A DNA stretch of 64,000 nt from Promethearchaeota archaeon (GTDB lineage Archaea > Asgardarchaeota > Hermodarchaeia > Hermodarchaeales > Hermodarchaeaceae), in assembly GCA_048939245.1 (NCBI GenBank), contig JBHLPR010000001.1:18622-82621 (forward strand), in the 5' to 3' direction. The translations under genes were made by a program, and so were the position numbers. Below, piece by piece: positions 18,970-28,213 of this stretch (position 1 is the first letter of the stretch; each line of letters starts with the position of its first letter). The notes under the pieces are model-generated. The model saw nothing but the letters and a program-made list of their open reading frames with translations, was not told the origin of the DNA and ran no database searches.

Positions 18970-19524
18970 ATGCTCATCGACTGGAGTAGCAAAGTTATTC
19001 AATCAAAAATTGTCTACTACGGACCCGCCATGAGCGGGAAAACCACCAGCATACGCGCTCTCTTTGGTGCGCTCGGTCAATCCGAGAAAATTGAATCTAT
19101 TGAAACAACTACCGGTCGAACTTTATTCTTTGATTTCGGTTCTCTGGAATTAACACGGAATGACTGGGCTCTTCGACTCTACATATGGTCTGCTACTGGT
19201 CAAGACTATTATGCAGAAACCCGTTCAACAGTGCTTGCAGGAACCGATGGAATTGTCTTTGTGGTTGACGGTCAATCTCACTTGCTCCCCGATAATATTC
19301 GATCGTGGGACGAGCTTCAGCAGTTCTTTGGCAACAAACTTGGTCAAGCCCTTCCTGTTGTGGTTATGCTGAACAAATCAGATATGCCTAATGCCATCAG
19401 TCGTCACCATATCACAGAGGCACTTAACCTAAGCAATGGGATTCACATCTATCCAACGATCGCCACTGAAGGAGTGAATGTATCCAGGTCCTTTTCCACT
19501 ATCCTCCGACAAATCTTCCAATAA
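18970..19524 (+). CDS. MglA-like (Roadblock-associated) small GTPase
   Basis: 'KIVYYGPAMSGKTT', 'TTTGRTLFFDF', 'WSATGQ', 'LNKSDM'. Starts 6 nt after the Roadblock gene. Confidence 0.8.
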   Translation: MLIDWSSKVIQSKIVYYGPAMSGKTTSIRALFGALGQSEKIESIETTTGRTLFFDFGSLELTRNDWALRLYIWSATGQDYYAETRSTVLAGTDGIVFVVDGQSHLLPDNIRSWDELQQFFGNKLGQALPVVVMLNKSDMPNAISRHHITEALNLSNGIHIYPTIATEGVNVSRSFSTILRQIFQ

Positions 19525-19601
19525 TCCTTTTGCTTTCCTTTTTTTTACAATGCACAGTCTTTTCAACTTGATATCCACATAAGAGGTGCTGGTGGAACCC
19601 T

Positions 19602-20978
19602 ATGAAACCCAAAGTCTTGACAGAAGAAGAAATTGTCAACATGCTCACCAAAGTTACTACACAAGAAATCGAAGAATGTAACGAACATATCTTGACACCC
19701 TTAAAGGAAATTCTACTTACACAGGGAATCCCTGGAGGCGCAGTTGTTAGAGATAGCGAAGGTAATGAGTACCTCGATTGCACAAGTCAGGCCTGGACCC
19801 TAAATGTCGGATATGTCCACCCCGACATTATTTTTGCAGCCCAATTCCAAGCGGAACGCTTGACCCATGTCCGATATGGATACCCGACTGTGCCCCGTAT
19901 TAAACTCGTGAATAAACTTAGCCAAATAGCGCCAGGTAGGCTCAAGAAAGTCTCAATCCAGAATCAGGGAGGCTCATCTGCCATTGAAGCAGCGATGAAA
20001 TTGTCTATGATCCATAAGCCTGGTTCTTCCCTTTTCGTTACGCATTGGCTTGGATATCATGGAGCCACTTTAGCGACAATTTCAGCAAGTAACTGGATGC
20101 CCAATCCGTTGATACGGATTCCCAATTTTGGATTACAGCATTTTGTAAAAGCCCCCTATCCCTATTGCTATCGATGTCGTGGGAATCAAAATCCAAAAGA
20201 TTGTGATCTTGAATGTTTACAGTATCTGCAGAATCTTGTTATGTATGGGACGAACGCTCCAGTCACGGGAGTTATCATTGAACCGATGCAAGGGCCTGGA
20301 GGACAAGTTCCTGCGCCTCAACGTTACATCGAGGGTCTTCGACAACTCTGTACTGACATGAATATATCACTCATATTTGATGAATCTCAAACAGCCTTCG
20401 GTCGTGTTGGTAAAATGTTTGCTTCGGAAATTTATGGAGTAACTCCTGATTTGATGGCTCTCACAAAGGCCTTAGGCGGTGGGTTTCCTCTTGGGGCAAC
20501 TTTAGCTGATGAGAAATATGGGGGGTTCACTCCAGCAGAAGAACATAGTACCTTCGGTAGTAGTCCACTATTGATGGCAGCAGGTCTGATTAACATTGAA
20601 GTCATCCAACGGTTGGATTTACCCAAGCGATCTGAGCAAATGGGTACATACATTACCAAACGGCTTCTCGAAATTCAAGAACGAAGCAACCATATTGGGG
20701 ATGTTCGTGGTCCAGGACTTTTCATTGGTATTGAAATCGTGAAGAATCGAGATAATAAAGATCCAGCGAATTCCCTTGCGGATGCTATTGTGCGAGAAGG
20801 TTTGAAACGTGGTGTTATATTCGATTTGAGTATGCCGTTTATGCGGCATATGACCTTCCAACGAAATGTGGTGAAAATAAAACCTCCTTTAACCATTTCT
20901 CAGGAACAAGCAGATCAGGCCGTGGATGTATTCGAGGACTCGCTCCACACTGCATTAAAAGAATTAACGATTTTGTAA
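19602..20978 (+). CDS. Class-III pyridoxal-phosphate aminotransferase
   Basis: 'GGSSAIEAAMK', 'IFDESQTAFGRVGKMFA', 'TKALGGGFPLGA'. Confidence 0.85.
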   Translation: MKPKVLTEEEIVNMLTKVTTQEIEECNEHILTPLKEILLTQGIPGGAVVRDSEGNEYLDCTSQAWTLNVGYVHPDIIFAAQFQAERLTHVRYGYPTVPRIKLVNKLSQIAPGRLKKVSIQNQGGSSAIEAAMKLSMIHKPGSSLFVTHWLGYHGATLATISASNWMPNPLIRIPNFGLQHFVKAPYPYCYRCRGNQNPKDCDLECLQYLQNLVMYGTNAPVTGVIIEPMQGPGGQVPAPQRYIEGLRQLCTDMNISLIFDESQTAFGRVGKMFASEIYGVTPDLMALTKALGGGFPLGATLADEKYGGFTPAEEHSTFGSSPLLMAAGLINIEVIQRLDLPKRSEQMGTYITKRLLEIQERSNHIGDVRGPGLFIGIEIVKNRDNKDPANSLADAIVREGLKRGVIFDLSMPFMRHMTFQRNVVKIKPPLTISQEQADQAVDVFEDSLHTALKELTIL

Positions 20979-21056
20979 TGAAAAATCAGTTCTCGCCACA
21001 GGATTCTAAAAGGTTAAAACCAAACCAGTATAGCATAGTACTAAGAGGCTGCAAAA

Positions 21057-21608
21057 GTGATCGGGATACTCAAGGTTGTTCTAATAGGTGAGGGTGGAGT
21101 CGGCAAAACCAGTCTCCTTAAGCGATATACTTGGAACACCTTTGATGAAAGCATGAAGCTTACAATTGGCGTTGACTTTGCAGCCAAAAACGTACAGCAA
21201 GATGGTTGGGCTGCAACACTTCAAATCTGGGATTTGGGTGGGCAGATTCGATTTCGGGACCTTGCTATTTCCTATTTTCGAGGAGCAAAATTAGCTATTG
21301 CGGTCTTTGACATTTCAAGTCGATATACTATGGAACGACTAAACGATTGGATCACTAGTCTCTTTGAATCTGTCCCCGGTTGTCCAGTAATTATAGTTGG
21401 GAATAAATGCGATTTACGCGAAACTCTGCGATCGACTCAGCCTTTGGTTACATTACAAGAAGGAATCGAATACGCGGCGCATTATAATGCTCCTTTTATT
21501 GAAGCTTCTGCTAAAGATGGGTATGGAGTTCAAGAGGTTTTTGAAGCAGTAACACAAATTCTTGCTGAACGTTATCCTACCCGCGAAGCTGCAGGTATGG
21601 CTTTCTAA
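21057..21608 (+). CDS. Ras-superfamily small GTPase, Rab/Ras-like
   Basis: G1 'GEGGVGKT', G3 'WDLGGQ', G4 'GNKCD', G5 'EASA'. GTG start 8 nt after GAGG. No C-terminal Cys. Confidence 0.9.
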   Translation: MIGILKVVLIGEGGVGKTSLLKRYTWNTFDESMKLTIGVDFAAKNVQQDGWAATLQIWDLGGQIRFRDLAISYFRGAKLAIAVFDISSRYTMERLNDWITSLFESVPGCPVIIVGNKCDLRETLRSTQPLVTLQEGIEYAAHYNAPFIEASAKDGYGVQEVFEAVTQILAERYPTREAAGMAF

Positions 21609-21768
21609 GACTCCTTTATTCACCAAAAAAGTTCAGGAAATCTCATTGGGCTTTGTACTCCTTACTTTGATGTTGAATCTAAATCATCATGAAGGTAGAA
21701 GTGACAAAGATTCTGAACACTTTTGATAACTTTTTACTCTGTTTTAGCAACACGCTAATGCAAGTTGC

Positions 21769-21780
21769 AAAAATATAAAG
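21769..21780 (+). promoter_or_regulatory. TATA-box-like element upstream of hdrA
   Basis: 'AAAAATATAAAG' is centred about 32-38 nt before the candidate TTG/GTG starts at 21807-21813, which implies a very short leader or none. Confidence 0.4.
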
Positions 21781-21806
21781 CACCAGGGGAGTGAATTCCT
21801 TGAGAA

Positions 21807-24395
21807 TTGGTGGTGGCCGCCATCACAAAAGCCAAGAAATCTAAGAAACTCAAGAAATCCAAGAAACCCAAGGAATCAAAGGAAGAAAAACCTCGTGTAG
21901 GTGTATTCGTTTGTGAGTGCGGGCGAAACATCGCTGGCGTTGTTGACTGCCAAAGCCTAGCTGAAGGCGCAGCTAAGCTGGAGGGCGTCGTCGCAACAAA
22001 GGTCAATAAGTTCACTTGTGCTGACCCTGGGCAAGAAGAAATTAAACGCATCGTCAAAGAAGAAAATCTCGACCGTGTCGTTGTGGCAGCGTGCACTCCA
22101 CGTATGCATGAACCCACCTTTCGACGATGTACCGAAGATGCCGGCTTAAACCAATTTTTCTTTGAAATGGCTAACATCCGCGACCAAGGCACATGGTGTC
22201 ACGCTAGCGACCCCGAAGGATGCCAGGAAAAAGCAGCTGATCTTATTGCCAGTGCTGTCGCTAAAGCGCATCATCTCCAACCCCTCGAAGTCCTCAAAGT
22301 TCCGGTCACCCACACAGCGCTCGTTATTGGAGGCGGAGTTTCAGGTATTCATGCGGCCTTAGATATTGCAGATGCTGGATACAAAGTCTGTCTCGTTGAA
22401 CGCTCTCCAACCATCGGAGGTATCATGGCTCTCCTCGATAAGTGCTTCCCGACGCTCGATTGTTCGATTTGTATTCTAGGTCCAAAGATGGCTGAGGCGG
22501 CACGTCATCCAAATATAGAACTTCTCACCAATGCTGAGGTCACCAAGGTCGAAGGGTTTGTAGGGAACTTCAAAGTTCAGGTCACCCAGCGCCCACGGTA
22601 TGTGGACGTCGATAAGTGTAATAGCTGTGGAGATTGTCAGGATGTGTGCCCGGTTCTTGTACCAAATAATTTTGATGCGAACTTAGGCTGGCGCCATGCT
22701 ATTTACATTCCCTATCCACAAGCGGTACCTGCCGCTTATCTGATTGATCCTGATCATTGTCTGGGATTGAACCCAAATGCGTGTATGATGTGTTATGATG
22801 CTTGTAACAAAGCAGGACAGGAAGCCATTCTCCCCGATGAAACTGAAAAGGTACATGAATTTGATATAGGGGCCATTATCGTCGCAACAGGTTACGAGCC
22901 ATATGATCCCACACCAATCACCGAATATGGGTATGGTGTCTATACTAATGTCATCACAGCCATCGAGCTCGAACGGTTAATTAACGCTGCAGGACCGACA
23001 GAAGGAAAGGTAATTCGTCCCTCTGATCAAACGAAACCATCCCGCTTCGCTTTCATCCAATGTGTGGGAAGCCGAGACGAAAGAAGCAACATCTACTGCT
23101 CAGGTTTCTGCTGCATGTACACGATCAAGAATGCCCTTCTTTTGCATGAAAAATACCCTGATGCTGAAATTGCAATCTACTACATGGACATCCGCACTAA
23201 CTTCAAAGACTATGAAGAATTCTACCAACGCGCCCGTCGCGCGGGTATCCGCTTCCAACGAGGACGTCCTGCCAACATTTCCGAAGATCCCCAAACCCAT
23301 AATCTCTTTATCCAAGCCGAAGATATAGCCACAGGCAAACATACTAAACGCGAATACGACATAGTCATCCTCAGTACCGCCGCAGTTCCCAGTAAAGGAA
23401 CCGAAGAACTTGCCCGCGTCCTAAATGTCCCTCTTGGTCCCTCCGGCTTCTACATGGAAGCTCACCCCAAACTCAAACCTGTCGACGCAGCCACTGAAGG
23501 CGTCTTCTTCTGCGGCTCAGCACAAGGTCCCAAAGACATTCCTGCAAGTGTTGCTCAGGGCAGCGCTGCTGCTTCACGAGCACTCCGAATAATCACTCAA
23601 GATGAATGGGAAATCGAACCTATTGTTGCCGTGGTAGACCCTGACCTTTGTCGCAGTGCAACCGGTAAATGTGGTATATGTGTTTCCCGATGCGCATATG
23701 GAGCGATATCAGCTGAACCGGGAAAACCGGCTGTTGTCACTCCTGCTAAATGTCATGGATGCGGAACCTGTGTCGCAGAGTGTCCCGCTGGCGCAATAAC
23801 ACAGATGCATTTCACGGATGCGCAGATTATGGATCAGATACGTGCGTTGTTAAAGCATAATCCTGAGGACAAGATCTTTGCAATGCTTTGTAATTGGTGT
23901 AGTTACGCTGGAGCTGATTTAGCTGGAATTAGCCGGTATGATTATCCATCAAATGTCCGTGGTATCCGGGTGATGTGTTCTGGACGAATGTCGGATAAAT
24001 TCATTTTAGAAGCTTTTCGGTTGGGAGCAGGAATGGTGCTTATGTCAGGTTGCCGATTGACAGAAACTGGGAGTGATTGTCATTACATTGGTGGTAATGT
24101 GTGGGCTGCAAAACGGGCTAAACGGATGTCAGCGTACCTAGAACGGATCGGAATGGATCCTCGGCGATTCCGGTTAGAATGGGTGTCTGCTGCGGAGGGA
24201 GATAAATGGGCGGCTGTCACGACCGAAATGGCCAAACAGCTCAAAGAACTGGGTCGTGATTATATCGCTAAAGAGAATGAACGTGTACGTCCTGAAATTG
24301 AGAAGAGGCTTGCTAAACTTATGAAGAAGGACAAACCCAGGCCAGGGGTAAAAACACAAGCCAAACCGAAAAAGGCGAAGGTGCAAGCGAAATGA
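21807..24395 (+). CDS. hdrA: Heterodisulfide reductase subunit A fused to an MvhD-like domain, with Lys-rich N- and C-terminal tails
   Basis: 'VFVCECGRNIAG', FAD motif 'VIGGGVSGIHAALDIADAG', 'CSICILGPK', ferredoxin motifs 'CGICVSRCAYGAI' and 'CHGCGTCVAECPAGAI'. MvhD-like 'CNWCSYAGADLAG...VMCSGR' from about 23871. The stop overlaps the hdrC start. Confidence 0.9.
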   Translation: MVVAAITKAKKSKKLKKSKKPKESKEEKPRVGVFVCECGRNIAGVVDCQSLAEGAAKLEGVVATKVNKFTCADPGQEEIKRIVKEENLDRVVVAACTPRMHEPTFRRCTEDAGLNQFFFEMANIRDQGTWCHASDPEGCQEKAADLIASAVAKAHHLQPLEVLKVPVTHTALVIGGGVSGIHAALDIADAGYKVCLVERSPTIGGIMALLDKCFPTLDCSICILGPKMAEAARHPNIELLTNAEVTKVEGFVGNFKVQVTQRPRYVDVDKCNSCGDCQDVCPVLVPNNFDANLGWRHAIYIPYPQAVPAAYLIDPDHCLGLNPNACMMCYDACNKAGQEAILPDETEKVHEFDIGAIIVATGYEPYDPTPITEYGYGVYTNVITAIELERLINAAGPTEGKVIRPSDQTKPSRFAFIQCVGSRDERSNIYCSGFCCMYTIKNALLLHEKYPDAEIAIYYMDIRTNFKDYEEFYQRARRAGIRFQRGRPANISEDPQTHNLFIQAEDIATGKHTKREYDIVILSTAAVPSKGTEELARVLNVPLGPSGFYMEAHPKLKPVDAATEGVFFCGSAQGPKDIPASVAQGSAAASRALRIITQDEWEIEPIVAVVDPDLCRSATGKCGICVSRCAYGAISAEPGKPAVVTPAKCHGCGTCVAECPAGAITQMHFTDAQIMDQIRALLKHNPEDKIFAMLCNWCSYAGADLAGISRYDYPSNVRGIRVMCSGRMSDKFILEAFRLGAGMVLMSGCRLTETGSDCHYIGGNVWAAKRAKRMSAYLERIGMDPRRFRLEWVSAAEGDKWAAVTTEMAKQLKELGRDYIAKENERVRPEIEKRLAKLMKKDKPRPGVKTQAKPKKAKVQAK
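21834..21887 (+). repeat. Six tandem 9-bp coding repeats (AAGAAATCT-like) encoding KKS-KKL-KKS-KKP-KES-KEE
   Basis: Read directly: aagaaatct aagaaactc aagaaatcc aagaaaccc aaggaatca aaggaagaa. Confidence 0.85.
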
Positions 24396-24949
24396 ATATG
24401 GATGAGCAACTCGAAGAAATTTCATCCAAATTGGCAAAGCGGGTCGACACACAATCCTGCTATAGTTGTGGAACTTGCGTGGCCGCTTGCCCTGTCTCTC
24501 GTTTGGTTGGTTCAGACATTTATCATCCTCGCCGGGTGGTCAAGGCTACACTAGAAGGGAACGCAGCTGCCCTCCTTACAGATCCTCATTTATGGCTGTG
24601 TACCAGCTGCCATTCTTGTTTAGAACATTGTCCCCAAAAAGTACCGGTATCTGAACTAATTCAGGATTTACAGAATATCGCTAGTTCAATGGGAATTACT
24701 CCAGATGACATAGTATCTGAAGTTGAGAACATTCTAGCAACGGGGTGGGCATTAGCACCCAGTGAACAAGCGAACAAGAAGCGTGCAGAGTTGGGTTTAC
24801 CTCCAATATCTTTAGGCGATCGCGTAGGAACCGATCTTCAAAAAATTGCGAAAACCACTGAGCTCCTTGAACGCCTTGAAAAAATTAAACAGCGAAAATT
24901 GGAGGAAGCTCAAGCAGCTGAAATCGCTGAAGAAGGAGGCAAGGTCTAA
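24392..24949 (+). CDS. hdrC: Heterodisulfide reductase subunit C
   Basis: Two 4Fe-4S motifs, 'CYSCGTCVAACPV' and 'CTSCHSCLEHCPQ'. ATGA overlap with hdrA. Confidence 0.85.
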   Translation: MNMDEQLEEISSKLAKRVDTQSCYSCGTCVAACPVSRLVGSDIYHPRRVVKATLEGNAAALLTDPHLWLCTSCHSCLEHCPQKVPVSELIQDLQNIASSMGITPDDIVSEVENILATGWALAPSEQANKKRAELGLPPISLGDRVGTDLQKIAKTTELLERLEKIKQRKLEEAQAAEIAEEGGKV

Positions 24950-25833
24950 TGAGTGATACAGCCTGGGCTCTTTATATGGGCTGTGTGATACCAAACCGTC
25001 TTCCGTATATGGAAGTCGCGATGCGTGAAACGTTGCAGCATTTTGAAATTGAATCACATGACATCGATGGCTTTAGTTGTTGCCCAAATCCATTAACACT
25101 TCCCCACATAGACCATCACGCTGCCCTCGCTATTTCAGCTCGTAACCTAGCTATTGCAGAAGAACAGGACATGGATATCCTTACTCCTTGTAATGGTTGT
25201 TTTGAAATGTTAAAAGGCGCTGCTGTTTGTCTTCAAGAAGATAAGGAACTCCGTGCAGAAATTAATAGCATTTTAGCGAAAACTGGTCATGAATACAAAG
25301 GCGACATCAAGGTAAAGCATTTTATCCAGCTCCTTTTCGAGGATATTGGACTGGGAACCATTGCCGAATCTGTAGTTTATCCACTTACTAATCTCAGGGC
25401 AGCCACCCATGTGGGTTGTCATTTACTACGCCCCAGTTCTGTACTTAACATTGATGATGCTCAACGGCCAACAATTCTTCATCAACTCGTTCGTGCTTTA
25501 GGTGCCAAGACAGTACAATTCCCAGATGAGATGGATTGTTGTGGCTACGGTTCACGTCCCGCAGATCGAGATCTTGCACTTAAAATGACAGGAATAAAGT
25601 TAGAAAACATGAAACGGGCTGGAGCTGAAGCCTTAGTACTCATTTGTCCAGCATGTACTCTTCAATTCGATTTAATGCAACGTCTCGCATTACGCGGCTT
25701 TGAAGATAAAACACCACTTCCCGTTTTTTATTACCCCGAGCTCCTGAACCTTGCCTTAGGGACTCCTCCCCAAAAACTTGGGTTTAGTGATCATCGAGTC
25801 AATGTTGACCCAATTTTATCGAAGCTCATTTGA
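24949..25833 (+). CDS. hdrB: Heterodisulfide reductase subunit B (two CCG domains)
   Basis: 'FSCCPNP', 'PCNGCF', 'MDCCGYG', 'CPACTLQF'. TAATG overlap with hdrC. Confidence 0.9.
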   Translation: MSDTAWALYMGCVIPNRLPYMEVAMRETLQHFEIESHDIDGFSCCPNPLTLPHIDHHAALAISARNLAIAEEQDMDILTPCNGCFEMLKGAAVCLQEDKELRAEINSILAKTGHEYKGDIKVKHFIQLLFEDIGLGTIAESVVYPLTNLRAATHVGCHLLRPSSVLNIDDAQRPTILHQLVRALGAKTVQFPDEMDCCGYGSRPADRDLALKMTGIKLENMKRAGAEALVLICPACTLQFDLMQRLALRGFEDKTPLPVFYYPELLNLALGTPPQKLGFSDHRVNVDPILSKLI

Positions 25834-25877
25834 GCTCCGAGGCTAATCTGTTTATAACGTTTGCAAATAACTTGTTA

Positions 25878-25900
25878 AAACTGGTTTCTCTTGCCAGTTT
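25878..25900 (+). terminator. Hairpin downstream of hdrB (AAACTGG-N9-CCAGTTT)
   Basis: A 7-bp perfect stem read directly, 45 nt after the hdrB stop. Its function as a terminator is an assumption. Confidence 0.25.
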
Positions 25901-25967
25901 AGCCTTTATTCAGAAGAAGGTGTAATTGAGATTTCCCTAATGGTTCCAAAAGTCTCTTTTGTTAAAC

Positions 25968-25977
25968 ATCTATATAC
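25968..25977 (+). promoter_or_regulatory. TATA-box-like element
   Basis: 'ATCTATATAC' is centred about 34 nt before ATG 26007. Confidence 0.35.
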
Positions 25978-26006
25978 TCGATGTAGTTCATAGGTTGGAG
26001 CGTCTT

Positions 26007-26741
26007 ATGTTAAATTCATTAGCTGTAGAAATTCGCGATAATGCTGCTAAATGGGGCGCAGACCTTGTGGGTTTTGCTCCGATCGAACGCTTTAATCGAT
26101 ATCCACCAGAAAATCGTCCGACCTTTTCTTTATCCTCTGCACGAACAGTCATCGTATTAGGTCTCCAAATGGTGGACCCCCTCCTTGATCTCTGGCTTCA
26201 TGCCCCACCCACTACAGGGGTAGGGCGTTCACCAACAGGTCGAGCTTTTGAGGATGAGATTCTTCTAGCAATTTCGTATCGACTAGCATTGGATATGTAT
26301 AAGCGGAAAATTGAAGCTAAGGTTCTTCCCTATGGCCCGTCACCTCAGAAGGAGCACACCGGATTTATCTATCTCAAAGAAGCTGGAGTATTGGCGGGTC
26401 TTGGAGTCATCGGGAAGAACAATCTTTTAATTACCCCTGAATTTGGTCCACGAATCCGACTACGGGCTATTGCAATTTCCGAAGAGTTACCTCCAAGCAA
26501 AATTATCACAGAAAATCCTTGGTGTCCAGGTTGTGATGATTGTATTCGCGCGTGTCCAGTTAATGCCCTTGAGGATGGAAAATACGACAAAGAACGTTGT
26601 CTGACGAGTCCACACCATCAACGACAACTTTCTCCCAGTGCAGAATTGTGGTGCACACGTTGTAGCTGTGTATGTCCGGTTGGTGCACGAGTGCCCTGTG
26701 ATGATACCATCAAAATCCATCCTATTTCACTAAACAGGTGA
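26007..26741 (+). CDS. 4Fe-4S dicluster protein, epoxyqueuosine-reductase/reductive-dehalogenase-like
   Basis: 'AAKWGADLVGFAPIERF', 'CPGCDDCIRACPVNAL', 'CTRCSCVCPVG'. The ORF is open from 25959, but ATG 26007 fits the TATA spacing. Confidence 0.55.
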   Translation: MLNSLAVEIRDNAAKWGADLVGFAPIERFNRYPPENRPTFSLSSARTVIVLGLQMVDPLLDLWLHAPPTTGVGRSPTGRAFEDEILLAISYRLALDMYKRKIEAKVLPYGPSPQKEHTGFIYLKEAGVLAGLGVIGKNNLLITPEFGPRIRLRAIAISEELPPSKIITENPWCPGCDDCIRACPVNALEDGKYDKERCLTSPHHQRQLSPSAELWCTRCSCVCPVGARVPCDDTIKIHPISLNR

Positions 26742-26760
26742 GGTTTTAAGTACCCCCTCT

Positions 26761-28158
26761 ATGGAAGGAACACTACGTCACGGAGGTATCTTTGTGTCTC
26801 AACATGACTTAATCGTTGTTGGAGCTGGACCTGCTGGTGCGCATCTCGCGAAAGAGACAGCCCAACTTGGATTAGATGTCTTAGTCTTAGAACGGTTACC
26901 AAAAAATCGTGTAGGTGACAAAGTCTGTGGTGAAGGCATCGCGCTACATCATCTAAAAAATGCGGGCATCCCATACCCCGCTGGCAAGGAACTTGGCAAT
27001 GTGATTAATGGTATTGACATCTATCCGCCAAGTATGGAGAACTATATCACCATCAGCCAACGTGTTGAAGGCGAACCCTGTGACGGGTGGACCATCGATC
27101 GCATCCATTTTGGACAACGACTCCTAGGTTACGCAGAAGAGGCGGGTGCTAAAATCCAGGATAACGCCCATGTTCTTGAACCTCTATCTGATAATGGTAC
27201 CATCACTGGGGTGAAATACAAAGACACGAAGACAAACCGCCTAAACGAAGTTTACGCCAAAGTTACCGTTGATGCCAGTGGTATGTCTGCAACGCTCCGA
27301 CGAAAACTGAATGATCCACTCATAGAACAAACTGTTGAACTTCGGGATCAAGCTGTTTGCTACCGGGAAATTCTCGAACTTCAAGAGCCCTTCAAACCAG
27401 CTGATCGGTGCTGGATTATTATGGACGACCGCTATAGCCCTGGTGGCTATGTCTGGATTTTTCCACGGGGAGGTAGAATTGCTAACGTTGGACTTGGCAC
27501 TCAGGGCGGTCAAGGTCATCGACCCAAGGAGCTGTATAAGCATTTTCTCACAACTAACTCCATTTTCAAAAATGCAAAGGTGATTCATGGGGGTGGAGGC
27601 GCCGCACCCATCCGGAGACCTCTTTGGAGTTACGTCACCAACGGAATTGCATTCATTGGAGATAGTGGTTGTATGTGTAATCCCATTCATGGTGGCGGCA
27701 TCGGATCTGCTATTGAGGCAGGACATGTGTTAGCTCCAGTTATCAAACAGGCAGTTGAAGCAAACGATGTCTCAACCTCTGGTCTTTGGAGATTCAATGT
27801 TGCGTACAATCGAGAACATTATGGGCAAAAGATCGCCTCGTTGGATTTGATGCGGCATCTTCTTCAGGAAGTTGGCAATGATGAATTTGATTATGTAATC
27901 AATAATCGCATTCTGACAACTGAGGACCTGATGCGAGCGAACGCGGGTGAAGGGATTCAGTTATCTGCCCTTGATAAGGCAGGACGCCTTTTTCGTGGTC
28001 TTCGCAAACTGGGACTACTCCGCCGAATTCAAAAGGTGTCAGAAGCAATGCGCAAAATGCTTTCTCTTTACCAGAACTTTCCCGAAGCTCCTGATACATT
28101 CGAATCTTGGAAACAACGCGTCATCACACTCTATCAAGATTTAGGCTTTCAACCATAG
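26761..28158 (+). CDS. Geranylgeranyl reductase family flavoprotein
   Basis: 'DLIVVGAGPAGAHLAKETAQLGLDVLVLER', 'VDASG', 'FIGDSGCMCNPIHGGGIGSA'. Confidence 0.85.
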   Translation: MEGTLRHGGIFVSQHDLIVVGAGPAGAHLAKETAQLGLDVLVLERLPKNRVGDKVCGEGIALHHLKNAGIPYPAGKELGNVINGIDIYPPSMENYITISQRVEGEPCDGWTIDRIHFGQRLLGYAEEAGAKIQDNAHVLEPLSDNGTITGVKYKDTKTNRLNEVYAKVTVDASGMSATLRRKLNDPLIEQTVELRDQAVCYREILELQEPFKPADRCWIIMDDRYSPGGYVWIFPRGGRIANVGLGTQGGQGHRPKELYKHFLTTNSIFKNAKVIHGGGGAAPIRRPLWSYVTNGIAFIGDSGCMCNPIHGGGIGSAIEAGHVLAPVIKQAVEANDVSTSGLWRFNVAYNREHYGQKIASLDLMRHLLQEVGNDEFDYVINNRILTTEDLMRANAGEGIQLSALDKAGRLFRGLRKLGLLRRIQKVSEAMRKMLSLYQNFPEAPDTFESWKQRVITLYQDLGFQP

Positions 28159-28213
28159 CCAGTAAATCCCAGACCGTGATGTTGCACGTGACGTTTTTTA
28201 TTCATATCACACC

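Noticed and set aside
21667-21716. A possible C/D-box sRNA: 'UGAUGU' at 21668-73, 'AUGAAG' at 21689-94, 'CUGA' at 21713-16.
   Set aside because: The C and C' boxes are imperfect, no D' box sits at the expected position, and the C'-to-D spacing (18 nt) is longer than the canonical ~12 nt. No terminal stem is visible.
21755-22192. A 145-aa antisense ORF across the hdrA promoter and 5' end.
   Set aside because: It overlaps a well-supported hdrA reading frame and the TATA element. It has no recognisable motifs, and its composition mirrors the Lys-rich repeat.
27241-27726. A 161-aa antisense ORF inside the geranylgeranyl reductase gene.
   Set aside because: It has no motifs, and the sense frame has unambiguous FAD-binding and GGR signatures.
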